The notes under the pieces were generated by a model. It did not search any database and was not told the DNA's origin. It worked only from the letters and a program-made list of their open reading frames with translations. From assembly GCA_964187785.1 (NCBI GenBank), contig OZ076409.1, forward strand, positions 78,556,001 through 78,620,000: a stretch of 64,000 nt of DNA, in the 5' to 3' direction. The DNA comes from Amphiscolops sp. MND2022. Taxonomy: Eukaryota. Below are positions 24,501 to 37,406 of the stretch, piece after piece. Positions within the stretch are counted from its first letter, which is position 1. The number at the start of each line of letters is the position of its first letter. Both the position numbers and the translations under genes were made by a program.

Positions 24501-27500
24501 GCGACTTACCGAGTAAAGAGAATTTTCGAAGAACATTTTTCCAAATTTTTAGTTTATGATGTTTTCTGTACAGGAAAAAAAGTTTCCCGACTGTGACCTA
24601 TTTGTATCTTTTGATCACGTGGAACTGATGAGTTTTCTTAATGATTGTAGAAAATACCTCATTTCAGTTTTTTCGGCCATGTGCGTCTTTCCGATACTTC
24701 CATTTGATCGAAGGGCACCCAATTGCTTCCTTAGTTGATTTCGACTTGAAAAAAGTAGTTTTGCGAGCTCAAACGTGTTTCGCTTTCATGGGACTTTTCT
24801 TTAAAAAATCAGAAAAGTGGATTTTTCGTGATTCCTGTTGGGGAAAAAGTGGTTTCCGAGTCTCAGGTGTAATTCTTGGGGTAATGTTTGGCACTGAGAA
24901 AATAGGAAAAGCTTGGAACTAGGTCTTTTGCAAGTTTAAGAACCTTGAACGGTCCCTGTTTATTATATTATTTCACTGAGTTTCACCAGAAGTGTCAAAA
25001 ATTGGAAATATTTTCGACAATTTTGGGGTCAATTTTTGGACTTTTTCTAACAAGAATCTACAGATGTCTCTCCAAAAATAGGCCAACTGCACACTATTCT
25101 AACCCATGAAGTAGCTCAAAATATCTTCCTTTGGAAGGTGTACTCCATATCTAGTGATTTTGCTTGGTGCCTTTTGACATTAAATTTTGTACAAATAAGG
25201 GCGAAGTTTACGTTTCCAAGAAACGTTTTTGAAAGTTTCGCAAATAAATATGTCTGACATCTTTTCGAAACAGTACCGGTAGCTACACGTTTTGTTGCTG
25301 AGCCTATGGTATTTCTGTTTGTTGTAAGTTTTCAAAGAGTGTCGAAAATTTGGAAAATTCGGAAACTTTGACACTTTTGTTAAAACTCGATGAGCTTCAT
25401 TGCACTTTTTGCCAAATCGCGTTTTGAAGGCCTTTTGTTTCAACGCTCAGGTCAATAGAGGTTTCGTTCTTCAATAATTTCCATAGTTTGAACAAACAAT
25501 GAGATTAATTTGACAAAAAATGTCATGGTTTTACACTACACGTAAATTGAAAAACAATCTTGAATGATCTCTTGATAATTGGTTCGGCCTTTTGAATACG
25601 CATGAAATTTTGCTTCTAAAATTGCATATTCCATAGCTTTTTGTCTCGAAGTGAAACTTTCTGGAGGTTCTAACGCTTGATAACCCCTCCAAAACCTGTA
25701 CAAAAATCCGACTTAATGGTCAAAATTGTTCTAGGATTTTGGTGTCATTATAAGGCGCTTTTCTACATAAATTGCTCGTCGCAAAAACTGCTTGCTTAGT
25801 TTTTGAAATCTGTGGATCTTTGAAGCTTTCGAAACGTTCAAAGGCTTTACAGAGAACGCTAAAGTAATTGGGATACATTTTAGGCTTTTCAAAAGAAAAA
25901 ACATTGGATCAGCTAGCTTGCTCGACGTTGAAAATTTTGAAAAATTGATTTTTTTTCGAAACTTTCGAAAACAGCTTAAACATTAAAATGCGTAACTTTA
26001 ACATTCATTCATTTAAAAAATTAAAGCTACTTGGGGCTATTTTGAGACACCTTTCAACATTATCTCCTAATTTTCCCTTCAAAAAAGCGTTTTATATTGG
26101 GAATTCCTTCGTCTTAGTCTTCGAAATCTGTCCTAGTTGTCAAAATGTATTCGAAAACTGTATAAGTGTTAGGAAAATATACAAAACTGAATAAAAAGTT
26201 GAAATTTCCTAAAAATTGGATTTTTTTGAGAATGTTCGTTTGTATGACCACGAAAAGTGACAATATTGGACAAAAAGTAAAAAAGACGCCCGTGAGCAGC
26301 GAGATATTTTCCGCCCCAAATTGTTCTACAACTACATCAATTTGAGGCTCAAGAATAGCCACAGCACTATGAAAACGCAAAGAAGTACGAAAAAAAGAAA
26401 GCTTTGGTTCACTCTAAAGGGAATTTTTCTAAAGGAAACCTATTTTTAAAGGAAACACCTAATTTGTTATTTTTGCGATAGCTGGACACTTTTCATTTTT
26501 TCGGCACTATGCGACTTACCGAGTAAAGAGAATTTTCGAAGAACGTTTTCCCAAATTTTTAATTTATGAGGTTTTCTGTACAGGAAATAAGTTTCCCGAC
26601 TGTGACCTATTTGTATCTTTTGATCACGTGGAACTGATGAGTTTTCTTAATGATTGTAGAAAATACCTCATTTCAGTTTTTTCGGCTCTGTGCGTTTTTC
26701 CGATACTTCCATTTGATCGAAGGGCACCAAATTGCTTCCTTAGCTGATTTCGACTTGAAAAAAGTAGTTTTGCGAGCTCAAACGTGTTTCGCTTTCATGG
26801 GACTTTTATAAAAAAGTCAGAAAAGTGGATTTTTTGTAATTCCTGTTGGGGAAAAAGTGGTTTCCGAGTCTCAGGTGTATTTCTTGGGGTAATGTTTGGC
26901 ACTGAGAAAATAGGAAAAGCTTGGAACTAGGTCTTTTGCAAGTTTAGGAAACTTGAACGGTCCCTGTTTATTATATTATTTCACTGAGTTTCACCAGAAG
27001 TGTCAAAAATTGGAAATATTTTCGACAATTTTGGGGTCAATTTTTGGATTTTTTGTAACAAAAATCTACAGATGTCTCTCCAAAAATAGGCCAACTGCAC
27101 ACTATTCTAACCGATGAAGTAGCTCAAAACAACTTCCTTTGGAAGGTGTACTCCATATCTAGTGGTTTTGCTTGGTGCCTTTTGACATTAAATTTTGTAC
27201 AAATATGGTGGAAGTTTACGTTTCCAAGAAACGTGTTTGAAAGTTTTGCAAATAAATATGTCTGACATCTTTTCGAAACAGTACCGGTAGCTACACGTTT
27301 TATTGCTGAGCCTATGGTATTTCTGTTTGTTGTACATTTTCAAAGAGTGTCGAAATTTAGGAAAATTCGGAAACTTTGACACTTTTGTTAAAACTCGATG
27401 AGCTTCATTGCACTTTTTGCCAAATCGCGTTTTGAAGGCCTCTTGTTTCAACGCTCAGGTCAATGGAGGTTTCGTTCTTCAATAATTTCCATAGTTTGAA

Positions 27501-27529
27501 CAAACAATGAGATTAATTTGACAAAAAAT
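21501..27529. repeat. Three tandem copies of a ~2011-bp unit, each containing a HINE terminus
   Basis: TCATGGTTTTACACTA at 21501, 23511 and 25523; subTIR TATTTTCCGCCC at 22284, 24294 and 26305. Confidence 0.95.
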
Positions 27530-30500
27530 ATGTTTTTTGTTGTTTCAAGTATTTTGAGGCCAATTCCATCGAAAAACGTCAGTTATATCTTCAAAATTGC
27601 CTACTGGATACCAGGATTAGTCATTGTTGAGTTTTTTTAAACCACTTTGTGCAAGGAAGTTGCTCGAAAATTGTACAAAAACACTGCCTAAAAATGTAAA
27701 AAAACTTTTGACAATGAGTTTCCAAATTTTAGTTTTTGCATTATTTGGGTCTTTCAGAGGAAATTTCATCTCTAAAACATGCCATTTTCTTTCTGAAAAA
27801 CGCGCTGAGGATCTAGTTTTGTCATCAGGAGCCTTTCGGAGATTTCATCTTACCAAAATTTTCCAATCTCAAATAAAAATTCAGTGAAAATGTCAGCAAT
27901 TGGCAGAAATTTTGACATTTTGCCTTTTTGCGGTCAATTTTCAGCCATTTTTTAACCGAAGTCTGCAAATAATTCTTTTAAAGCCTACTGGATTTTGAGT
28001 TCAATCTTTGTTGAACGTTTGATAACATTCTGAGTCCAAAACGATTCAAAAAGTACAAGTTGCACGAAAACAATGACGTTGAAATTTTTCGACTCATTTG
28101 GAGTCATTCTGAAGTGTTTTTGAAGCAAAACGACGCAACGTTCTCTTCAAACAAAAATTTCTTTTTCGGCTCTGTGCGTCTTTCCGATACTTCCATTTGA
28201 TCGAAGGGCACCCAATTGCTTCCTTAGCTGATTTCGACTTAAAAAAAGTAGTTTTGCGAGCTCAAACGTGTTTCGCTTTAATGGGACTTTTCCAAAAAAA
28301 ATCAGAAAAGTGGATTTTTTGTAATTCCCGTTGGGGAAAAAGTGGTTTCCGAGTCTCAGGTGTATTTCTTGGGGTAATGTTTGGCACTGAAAAATAGGAA
28401 AAGCTTAGAACTAGGTCTTTTGCAAGTTTAGGAACCTTGAACGGTCCCTGTTTATTATATTTTTTCACTGAGTTTCACCAGAAGTGTCGAAAATTGGAAA
28501 TATTTTTGACAATTTTGGGGTCAAATTTTGGACTTTTTCTAACAGTAATCTACAGATGTCTCTCCAAAAAGAAGCCAACTGCACACTATTCTAACCCATG
28601 AAGTAGCTCAAAACATCTTCCTTTGGAAGTTGTACTCCATATCTAGTGATTTTGCTTGGAGCCTTTTGACATTAAATTTTGTACAAATAAGGTCGATTTT
28701 TACGTTTCCAAGAAACGTATTTGAAAGTTTCGCAAATAAATATGTCTGACATCTTTTCGAAAAAGTACCGGTAGCTACACGTTTTAATGCTGAGCCTATG
28801 GTATTTCTGTTTGTTGTAAATTTTCAAAGAGTGTCGAAATCTAGGAAAATTCGGAAACTTTGACACTTTTGTTAAAACTCGATGAACTTCATTGCACTTT
28901 TTGCCAAATCGCGTTTTGAAGGCCTTTTGTTTCAACGCTCAGGTCAATGGAGGTTTCGTTCTTCAATAATTTCCATAGTTTGAACAAACAATGAGATCAA
29001 TTTGACAAAAAATGTGTTTTTTGTTGTTTCAAGGATTTTGAGGCCAATTCCATCAAAAAACGTCAGTTATATCTTCAAAATTGCCTACTGGATACCAGGA
29101 TTAGTCATTGTTGAGTTTTTTGAACCACTTTGTGCAAGGAAGTTGCTCGAAAGTTGTACAGAAACACTGCCTAAAAATGTAAAAAAAAACTTTTGACAAT
29201 GAGTTTCCAAATTTTAGTTTTTGCATTATTTGGGTCATTCTGAGGAAAGTTCATCTCTAAAACATGCCTTTTTCTTTCTGAAAAACGCGCTGAGGATCTA
29301 GTTTTGTCATCAGGAGCCTTTCGGAGATTTTATCTTACCAAAATTTTCCAATCTCATATTAAAATTCAGTGAAAATGTCAGCAATTGGCAGAAATTTTGA
29401 CATTTCGCCATTTTGCGGTCAATTTTCAGCCATTTTTTAACCGAAGTCTGCAAATAATTCTTTTAAAGCCTACTGGATTTTGAGTTCAATCTTTGTTGAA
29501 CGTTTGATAACATTCTGAGTCCAAAACGATTCAAAAAGTACAAGTTGCACGAAAACAATGACGTTGAAATTTTTCGACTCATTTGGAGTCATTCTGAAGT
29601 GTTTTTGAAGCAAAACGACGCAACGTTCTCTTCAAACAAAAAATTCTTTTTCGGCTCTGTGCGTCTTTCCGATACTTCCATTTGATCGAAGGGCACCCAA
29701 TTGCTTCCTTAGCTGATTTCGACTTAAAAAAAAAACAGTTTTGCGAGCTCAAACGTGTTTCGCTTTAATGGGACTTTTCAAAAAAAAATCAGAAAAGTGG
29801 ATTTTTTGTAATTCCCGTTGGGGAAAAACTGGTTTCCGAGTCTCAGGTGTATTTCTTGGGGTAATGTTTGGCACTGAGAAAATAGGAAAAGCTTAGAACT
29901 AGGTCTTTTGCAAGTTTAGGAACCTTGAACGGTCCCTGTTTATTATATTTTTTCACTGAGTATCACCAGAAGTGTCAAAAACTGGAAATGTTTTTGACAA
30001 CTTTGGGGTCAAATTTTGGACTTTTTCTAACAGTAATCTACAGATGTCTCTCCAAAAATAAGCCAACTGCACACTATTCTAACCCATGAAGTAGCTCAAA
30101 ACATCTTCCTTTGGAAGGTGTACTCCATATCTAGTGATTTTGCTTGGAGCCTTTTGACATTAAATTTTGTACAAATAAGGTCGAAGTTTACGTTTCCAAG
30201 AATCGTTTTTGAAAGTTTTGCAAATAAATATGTCTGACATCTTTTCGAAACAGTACCGGTAGCTACACGTTTTAATGCTGAGCCTATGGTATTTCTGTTT
30301 GTTGTAAATTTTCAAAGAGTGTCGAAAATAAGGAAAATTCGGAAACTTTGACACTTTTGTTAAAACTCGATGAACTTCATTGCACTTTTTGACAAATCGC
30401 GTTTTGAAGGCCTTTTGTTTCAACGCTCAGGTCAATGGAGGTTTCATTCTTCAATAATTTCCATTGTTTGAACAAACAATGAGATTAATTTGACAAAAAA

Positions 30501-31350
30501 TGTGTTTTTTGTTGTTTCAAGGATTTTGAGGCGAATTCCATCAAAAAACGTCAGTTATATCTTCAAAATTGCCTACTGGATACCAGGATTAGTCAAAGTC
30601 GTTCTCTTCAAACAAAATAATGCATAGCTCGTTCTTTTTTTATTGATTGTGTTGATTTGAGGCATTATTCCTTCACAAATTGAACCTATCTTTTGACGAA
30701 AACTCACCAAAACAACAAGTTCTTCCATTGTTTAGGATTTTCAGCCTTCTACTCCACGAAGTCAATCAATAGTTGGATATAAATTGAACAAAAATGGTCA
30801 AAATCGGAAAATTTTTGACTTTTTGTCTTTTTCGATGTCAATTCCAGACATTTTTCTTTTAAAAAACTGGGTTTATTTTTACTGTAAGCATCCTGGGCAA
30901 CACATTCTTTCCTTGTTAACCTTTTTCAACATTTCAATCCACGAATTTTGTCACAAATTTGCAAAAAATGCATGAAAATTAAACATTTTCGTGATATTTG
31001 TCATTTTCGGTGTTAGTTTGAGACATTTTTCATTCATAAAACTGCAATGATCTCTTCATAGAAGACTGTTAGAGAACGATTTCGTGCCTTGTTTAACGTT
31101 TCCAACATTCTATTCCACGATATCTATCGGAAAATTAACATTGGGGTCATTTTGGGTCATTCTGGGGTCTTAGGGATCAACTAAAAAAGTCCAGAAATCT
31201 CCACAAATACATATCGCACGAAGCTAAATTTATGTCAGTTGAATTCTGTGGGTAACACCCTTAAAGTTAAATATAACTTTGCAAATTTTGTAAAAAAACC
31301 GTTTGATTTAAATACTTTCCTCTCCCATGAGAAATTTGGGCGGAAAATAA
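22261..31350 (-). mobile_element. Internally amplified HINE of the same family as 15351-17760
   Basis: Same left terminus as 15351; 30600-31350 is colinear with parts of 15760-17760 and ends in GGGCGGAAAATA (31338-31349). Confidence 0.7.
26678..30595. repeat. About 2.6 tandem copies of a ~1485-bp unit, overlapping the third 2011-bp copy
   Basis: CGGCTCTGTGCG at 26683, 28167 and 29652. Confidence 0.93.
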
Positions 31351-34300
31351 TAAAAACGCAGCCTAGTTAGTTTTCTCCGTTACCACATGGACAGTTGGGC
31401 GGAAAAAATTAACTAGAAAAGTGTTTTAGGTGATTTTAGATATGAGATTTTGCTGCTCTCAAAGGTTTTCTTTTGCTAAGTATCGCAAGTGAGACCTATT
31501 GGAGAACTTTTGTTTGCATTTTTTGCTTATATTTGTAGATAGTTTTGCATATATTTTTGTTTCTGTAAACCATAGTGGTTTTCGAAGCTTTATAAAGCTT
31601 AACAAGGGCCCTGATACATGATTTTTAGAAAGTTATCTTTTGTCACAAGAAACATAAAGTTCAGATTTTTTTGTAGCTTGATTTCGAATATTTCAATTCA
31701 CACTAGAATTTAAGTTGGTAGAAAAAAGATGACTGAGTGTTTATTTTCATGGATTACTTGAAATCAGTAAAATTAGAGCCTAATTTAAAAACGAACGCTT
31801 TAAAAATTGTTGTCCAAATCGAATGGTTAAATAGACGAAAATTAAAGGCCAAACCTCAAATGAGAGAATTCTTTGAATGGAATTGAATGAAACGAAGAAA
31901 CTTTGGATGAGAAAACTTAAAAATGGAGCTAGAACAATCGCACAAGAATGTAACGCAGTAACAAAAATCGATTGAAAATGGCAAGAAATCAAAACTTCAG
32001 AATGCCTCCATTTTCCCACTACTTTGAACATTCGAAATTAAGCAAACTTCCGCTATTGATTTTTAATATTAGTTTAATTCAAACTGAATTCAGAATTTAC
32101 TTTCAGCGCTGAGCTGAAATTGTTCAGTCGAATTTCACGAAACATGAGCTTTTCAAATTTAGATGAAATTCTATTTTAAAAATTTTTATATATGACTTCG
32201 GTTTGTTACAAGCTCAATGAAGATTTCAATCTCAAGGAAGTTCTCAGTTCGGTGGGAAAATGGAAACGAGGCAAAAGCAGTACATTCATGCAAGCTGTGA
32301 TGAGTGGGCGAGCAAAAACAGTGTGTGTGGCGGCTACTGTTGAGCGCCAGTCGGTGCTATTGCGACAATTGCGCAATGACAGGTCAGTTCAGGGCATGTG
32401 AGACCATGAGAGGTCAAGCCAGAACTGAGTTGTCATTTAATTGAGTTATGACATTGTCATAAATGTTATGTCATTCATTCATACTTGTCAGTACTTGTAG
32501 TTAGCAAATGGCAGGGCAAGAGGAGAGTAGATTTGTATTTGGCTGCAGTTTGTTTACTTACGAGTAACTAAAACATACACCCACGAATAACCCACAACAG
32601 TAAACTACTTTAATCCTGTTGAAGTTTGCTTCCAAACAACGTCACCTATTTGAAGTTGGTGGAAATTTCCATTGAAGTTCCGTGAACTAATGACCTAATG
32701 GAAATTTCTATAACGCGAAAGAAAAAATTCAAGGAAAGTTGCCGGATTTGAAAGAATCCAATTGAATGAGGTTTATCCACATTGGGTTTGAAAATATTCC
32801 ACTTTTGAAACGAATTTTGGTTATCAATGTCAGAAAGCATGATAGAACCATGCATGGAACCATATTACTTATGAACCAAAAGCCTTCAAACAATTTGAGC
32901 CACATCAATAATTTCAAATTAATTTCAAATTTGAGACACCGATAAAATATCAAAACTAATGTTTCCTCCAGGTTTCTTCAGCTAATTAAACCCCTTCAAG
33001 TTATTTTTGGGAATCCTTTCAGTCTAAAAGTCTGTCAATGTCTGATAGCATGAGTGTCGAAAACCAAGAAAAATAATTGATTTTCTTTCTAAGTAGGTAA
33101 TATTAGGCGCTCTTACAGCCGACCTCCTCAAACTTTTGAGTGTGTGAAATAATTGCAAGTTCAGACGTCTAGTCTGAATTCGATCACATGTGGTGCAAGT
33201 TTTTTCATCATTTCAAAAAAGAGATATTAAGCGTTAAAGTCTGATCGAAAATTGAATAATCATAAAAACAAAAATCATATGAAGTGCGAAGCTTTTCGTA
33301 ATGAATATCGAACATAATTTCGAACATTTTCATATAGGGACAAATGTAACGAATGGGACACTGGCATACAGTGTACGTGTCAAATAATAAAGTTTGTCAT
33401 GGAGTGACACAGATTCCTTTGTAACTAGGATTTTATTAATTTTTGGTACCTATTTGGTTTACCAAATTCTTTCACTGTCTGACATTTGCGAATTCGCTCC
33501 TGAAGTTTTTGATTGTCTTGATTAGGTTTTGTAACTTTCTTTATGAGTCAAAAATCGTGAGTCTAAGATTGGGAAATAGGTCCGAAAAGTTTCATTTTGA
33601 AATGCAAATAAATTTGATTAATGCGAACTGTTTTTTATGAAACCTGCAAAACTTCAAGGCTCGTAAGATTGCCACCAAATTTAGTATGCTTCTTTTAAGC
33701 AGCTTGGTAAAAGTCGAATGCAATAGGGAAACATTTTTGCATGGAAGTTTCCGTTAGAGTTGTAGAAAGTCATAATAAATGTAAAGTCAACTTAAAATTA
33801 CATGCCAAGAGTTCCAGCAATTTCAACAAGGGAATGCAGAAAATGAACAAATTTATGATGGGAGTCTATCTGCTACATGTACATGTACAACGCTCTTTTA
33901 AAATTTATCATCTTTTCTTGGAAACAGAATTTTTCTAGTGCAGAAAATCCTTTATAAAGAGAATTATTTTCTTGTATGGCCTATGAACTTGGTATATACA
34001 ACAAAATATGTTTCGCTGGCATTTTTTTGCCTAAATATGGTTGTCTAGAATCATGAACATATTTAATGTATATTCTCATCACTTCAATCCAACGTTTGCC
34101 TCAAATCAAAGGCACAAAAAACCCTTTAACCGGTCACAAAAATCATCTCAGCTTACTTCAAGAGGAAAGATGTCCAGAAGATTCTAATTATGTCGAAGAC
34201 AGTGACTTCTTTATCGGCAAGTTGATTAGCCACATCGTTTTTTATGAGTGGCATTTCGAGTATTTCGGTTCTATTTTCCTTCATCTTCTTTCCGATATTT

Positions 34301-35136
34301 TGACTTGAGGATTTTATTCTATTTTTTTTCAAGTAAAACTGCCATCTCTTCAAAGATAGTTCCTCCTACCAGTTTTAACGCATACGCTGGCATTTTGCTA
34401 GGGAAAAGTTGTAATTCTAGACCTCTCGAAAGAATAACTTCCCAAAAAGATCAAATATTAATTTTGAAAATGGTGTTCTGAATTCAAGGATTCGTCCCCA
34501 TAAATCAGTTTAAAAGCTAATTCCAATCAGAAACCTTGCTTGTTGTTACGTTTTCCAACAATGACTAAAATCGGAAAAAAACAGCTAGTCAAGGTATATG
34601 TATTTTTCGACTCTGGTGAAGCTCATGGTGAATCATCTTGTTCTACTTTCTAAGTTACGTTTTTCATTACAACACTATTTTCCGTCTTGTCATTTTTTTC
34701 TGATTTGTTCTGCAGAAAAAACCTTGTTATTTGTGAACAATTTCGAAAATAGAAAAACTAAATCCTACCTATTACATTTACATAAATCGAAGAGAAAAGT
34801 AAAATCATATTTTTACTTTGAGTTATTTTTCTCTTAGGACTTCAGTTAAGCATTTAAAACTTTGAACGGAAGAATTTTCCTTGATGGAAATTTTTATAAG
34901 ACGTAGTATTATCCCTGTCATCAGAAAAATAATTTGCAGCTGATAGTGACTCATAGTACTGATAGTTTCATTAATTGTCCATCGTACTATCAAGGTCATG
35001 CAAAAGTAATTTTGAAAAAATGGCCATTTTCATAAAAGTCGAAATTTCACATCAACTAACTTCTCAAACTAAATGCAGGTCAAAAAACCAGAGCAGCTGA
35101 CAAAATACATGCTAGAAAATACCCGAGGTAAAATAC

Positions 35137-35644
35137 TGTAGCAATGCGCTATTTCTAATCTAGTTCATTTTCCCAACAGAGGAAATTGACTCAGAGACAT
35201 AATAATTTCCAAAGCGGAATTATTAGAGCATTTTAATTTCTAAGCGAATAGCAACGCGCTAAAAGGAAATTGGAATTCCCAAATTCCTTTAATGCTCAGC
35301 CAATAGGAAAAAGCCACGCGACAGTAGAACTGTCCTGAGCTGGAAAGAGAAAGACAGGTACCAATTCCAACGCGGAACACTGAGAAAGCAATAACTCTTT
35401 TCTCTTCTCTCAATTTTCCTTCTCTCTTGCTCTCTGAAAATCCCCCAAAATTGAAAGGACAAAGAGTCCCAAAATTGACAGAACATTATAAATTTTACAA
35501 GTCAGCGATTTGCAGGACTTAACAAAATTCTACTTACTGTAAACCTCCAGTTTAAATTTATCTTCCTTTTCGTAACACTTTTTGAGACTTATTGCTTAGG
35601 TTAGAAAGCGAGTACTAAGTAACCAAAACACCGGTTTTACAACA
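35137..35644 (+). repeat. 5' LTR (508 bp)
   Basis: TGTAGC...ACAACA; differs from the 3' LTR at three positions that I could find; CCAAT near 35299 and TATAAA near 35487. Confidence 0.97.
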
Positions 35645-35646
35645 TC

Positions 35647-35660
35647 TGGTGCGACCAGAG
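35647..35660 (+). promoter_or_regulatory. Primer-binding site
   Basis: TGGTGCGACC begins 2 nt after the LTR end; cognate tRNA not determined. Confidence 0.8.
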
Positions 35661-35755
35661 CAAAGAACAATTTCACACCGCAATTTGAACGACCATAAAA
35701 CCGAGCGTACAAAACAAAAATCTTTTCCCCGTGGTGGGTTTTATCTTGCAAAATT

Positions 35756-35879
35756 GAAATATTTAAAGCAAATATTTCTTGAAAAATAACAACTGTTTGT
35801 GCAACATTTAATATCTAAAGCAGATATTAAACAAAAATTCACTTTTTGACAACATTTAGTATCTAAAGCAGATACTAAA
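35756..35879 (+). promoter_or_regulatory. Three covarying stem-loops with an AAAGC loop in the leader (candidate packaging signal)
   Basis: GAAATATTT-AAAGC-AAATATTTC; TTTAATATCT-AAAGC-AGATATTAAA; TTTAGTATCT-AAAGC-AGATACTAAA. Confidence 0.7.
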
Positions 35880-36302
35880 CAAAATTTCATACTCTTGGTA
35901 CTGAGTCTAAACAGTATCCACTTACGCTAGCTTCGGTATTAGCGTGTGCTGGTTCCGTGGAAGAAATTTACTTCTGACACACGAGTGTTCCTTAAATTGC
36001 ACGATCCCAGCGAGGTTTCGCAAGAAAATGGAAAGCCCATATTTCACCTCGCCTGCTGCCTTGGAATTTAACATTCCGTGTTAAGGCTTAAATACGCAGA
36101 AACTGTCCATTTGAAAGGAGCAACAAAACTCCAAAAATTATTTATTTGCGAAAGGATCGAAGAGATTCCTTTGTAAACAATTTTTACATGTGTATTGGAG
36201 CAAAGAAACTTCTACACAAAAATCCAGTCTGTTATTGCCAAAAATAATAATAAAATTGTAAAGTGTGATAAAGGAGCAAAGTAAACGTGATTAAATAGAC
36301 AA

Positions 36303-37406
36303 ATGGCAAACACTGTAGCGTACCCTGACTTAGCATTAGAGAAGTTCATTGGAATCGATTCAAGTGAGGACCCAACTGCTTTTATACGTCTATTAGAAAA
36401 GAAAATCAGCTTTTCTTTAGGAAGTAGGCCTACGGCAAATGAAAATGGCCAACAAACCGTGTATGACGACCGCAGAAAAGCACTTTTCGGATCCGTTCTA
36501 CGCGGACCTGCGGCTGAGTGGTTTGATTCATTAGACGCTGCGTTAGCATGGGAAGAAATGAAAACACAATTCATAAACAGGTTTACGGATGGAAAAATGC
36601 AATATCGGTTCCGAATTGAGGCCGAGAATCTGAAAAGACAGCCTGATGAAAACATAAAAAGTTACATCCACAGAATAAAAACGTTGGTAGACAAAGGCTG
36701 GCCAACACCGTCAAATGCGAATCAAGAGGCTATCACAGCATGCGAAAATCAGAGAATTGGGAAGTACAAAGACTACTTCATAAGAGGCTTAATGCCCCCG
36801 GGTCTTAAACAGAAAGCCCATCAAGCAATGATTGAAGATCCCAACAAATCATGGGACGCTTTACAGGCTCTTATCATAAATAAAGATATGAGTTTAGTTG
36901 TGAGTGCCGAAATGTCCGGCTTGCAACCTTCAAGTTCCCAAACTTCAACAGGGACAATGGACGCCCGTTTCACTAACATAGAGAAAACATTGAATGAAAT
37001 CACCAACATGGTGAAAAATCATCAAATCAATGCTACCTATGATCCGAACAACCCAAAAATGAAACAAGACTTTACTAGATTTTGCAACTGTTGCAAAAAA
37101 TCCGGACACACAATCAAGTACTGTTGGACATTGAAAAAGAAGAAAGAAAACGAGGAAAAACCTCCTCCCCAACCAAAAGAAACATATGCGCAAAACTATC
37201 CAAGTCGACCCAAGTCTCCGAGTAATAACACATCACAATCGGACAATCGGTCCAACGGCCAAAGAGGCAGAAGCAATAGTCCTTATGTTTCAAATGGCTA
37301 CCGAAGCAGAAGTAACAGCTACTCTGGAGCTGTTCGGTTCGAAGCAAAGCCTGACCAGGTGAATTCTTTGTATGACACTCTGCAGTCATGCAATCCTTTA
37401 AACTAA
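36303..37406 (+). CDS. gag: Gag (capsid-like region plus one CCHC knuckle)
   Basis: 367-aa ORF; LRGPAAEWF motif; CNCCKKSGHTIKYC knuckle. Confidence 0.93.
   Translation: MANTVAYPDLALEKFIGIDSSEDPTAFIRLLEKKISFSLGSRPTANENGQQTVYDDRRKALFGSVLRGPAAEWFDSLDAALAWEEMKTQFINRFTDGKMQYRFRIEAENLKRQPDENIKSYIHRIKTLVDKGWPTPSNANQEAITACENQRIGKYKDYFIRGLMPPGLKQKAHQAMIEDPNKSWDALQALIINKDMSLVVSAEMSGLQPSSSQTSTGTMDARFTNIEKTLNEITNMVKNHQINATYDPNNPKMKQDFTRFCNCCKKSGHTIKYCWTLKKKKENEEKPPPQPKETYAQNYPSRPKSPSNNTSQSDNRSNGQRGRSNSPYVSNGYRSRSNSYSGAVRFEAKPDQVNSLYDTLQSCNPLN

Noticed and set aside
21500..30423. Repeated 60-100-aa ORFs (MKQKAFKT..., MRNFNIH...)
   Set aside because: Chance frames duplicated with the arrays; several vary by frameshift between copies.
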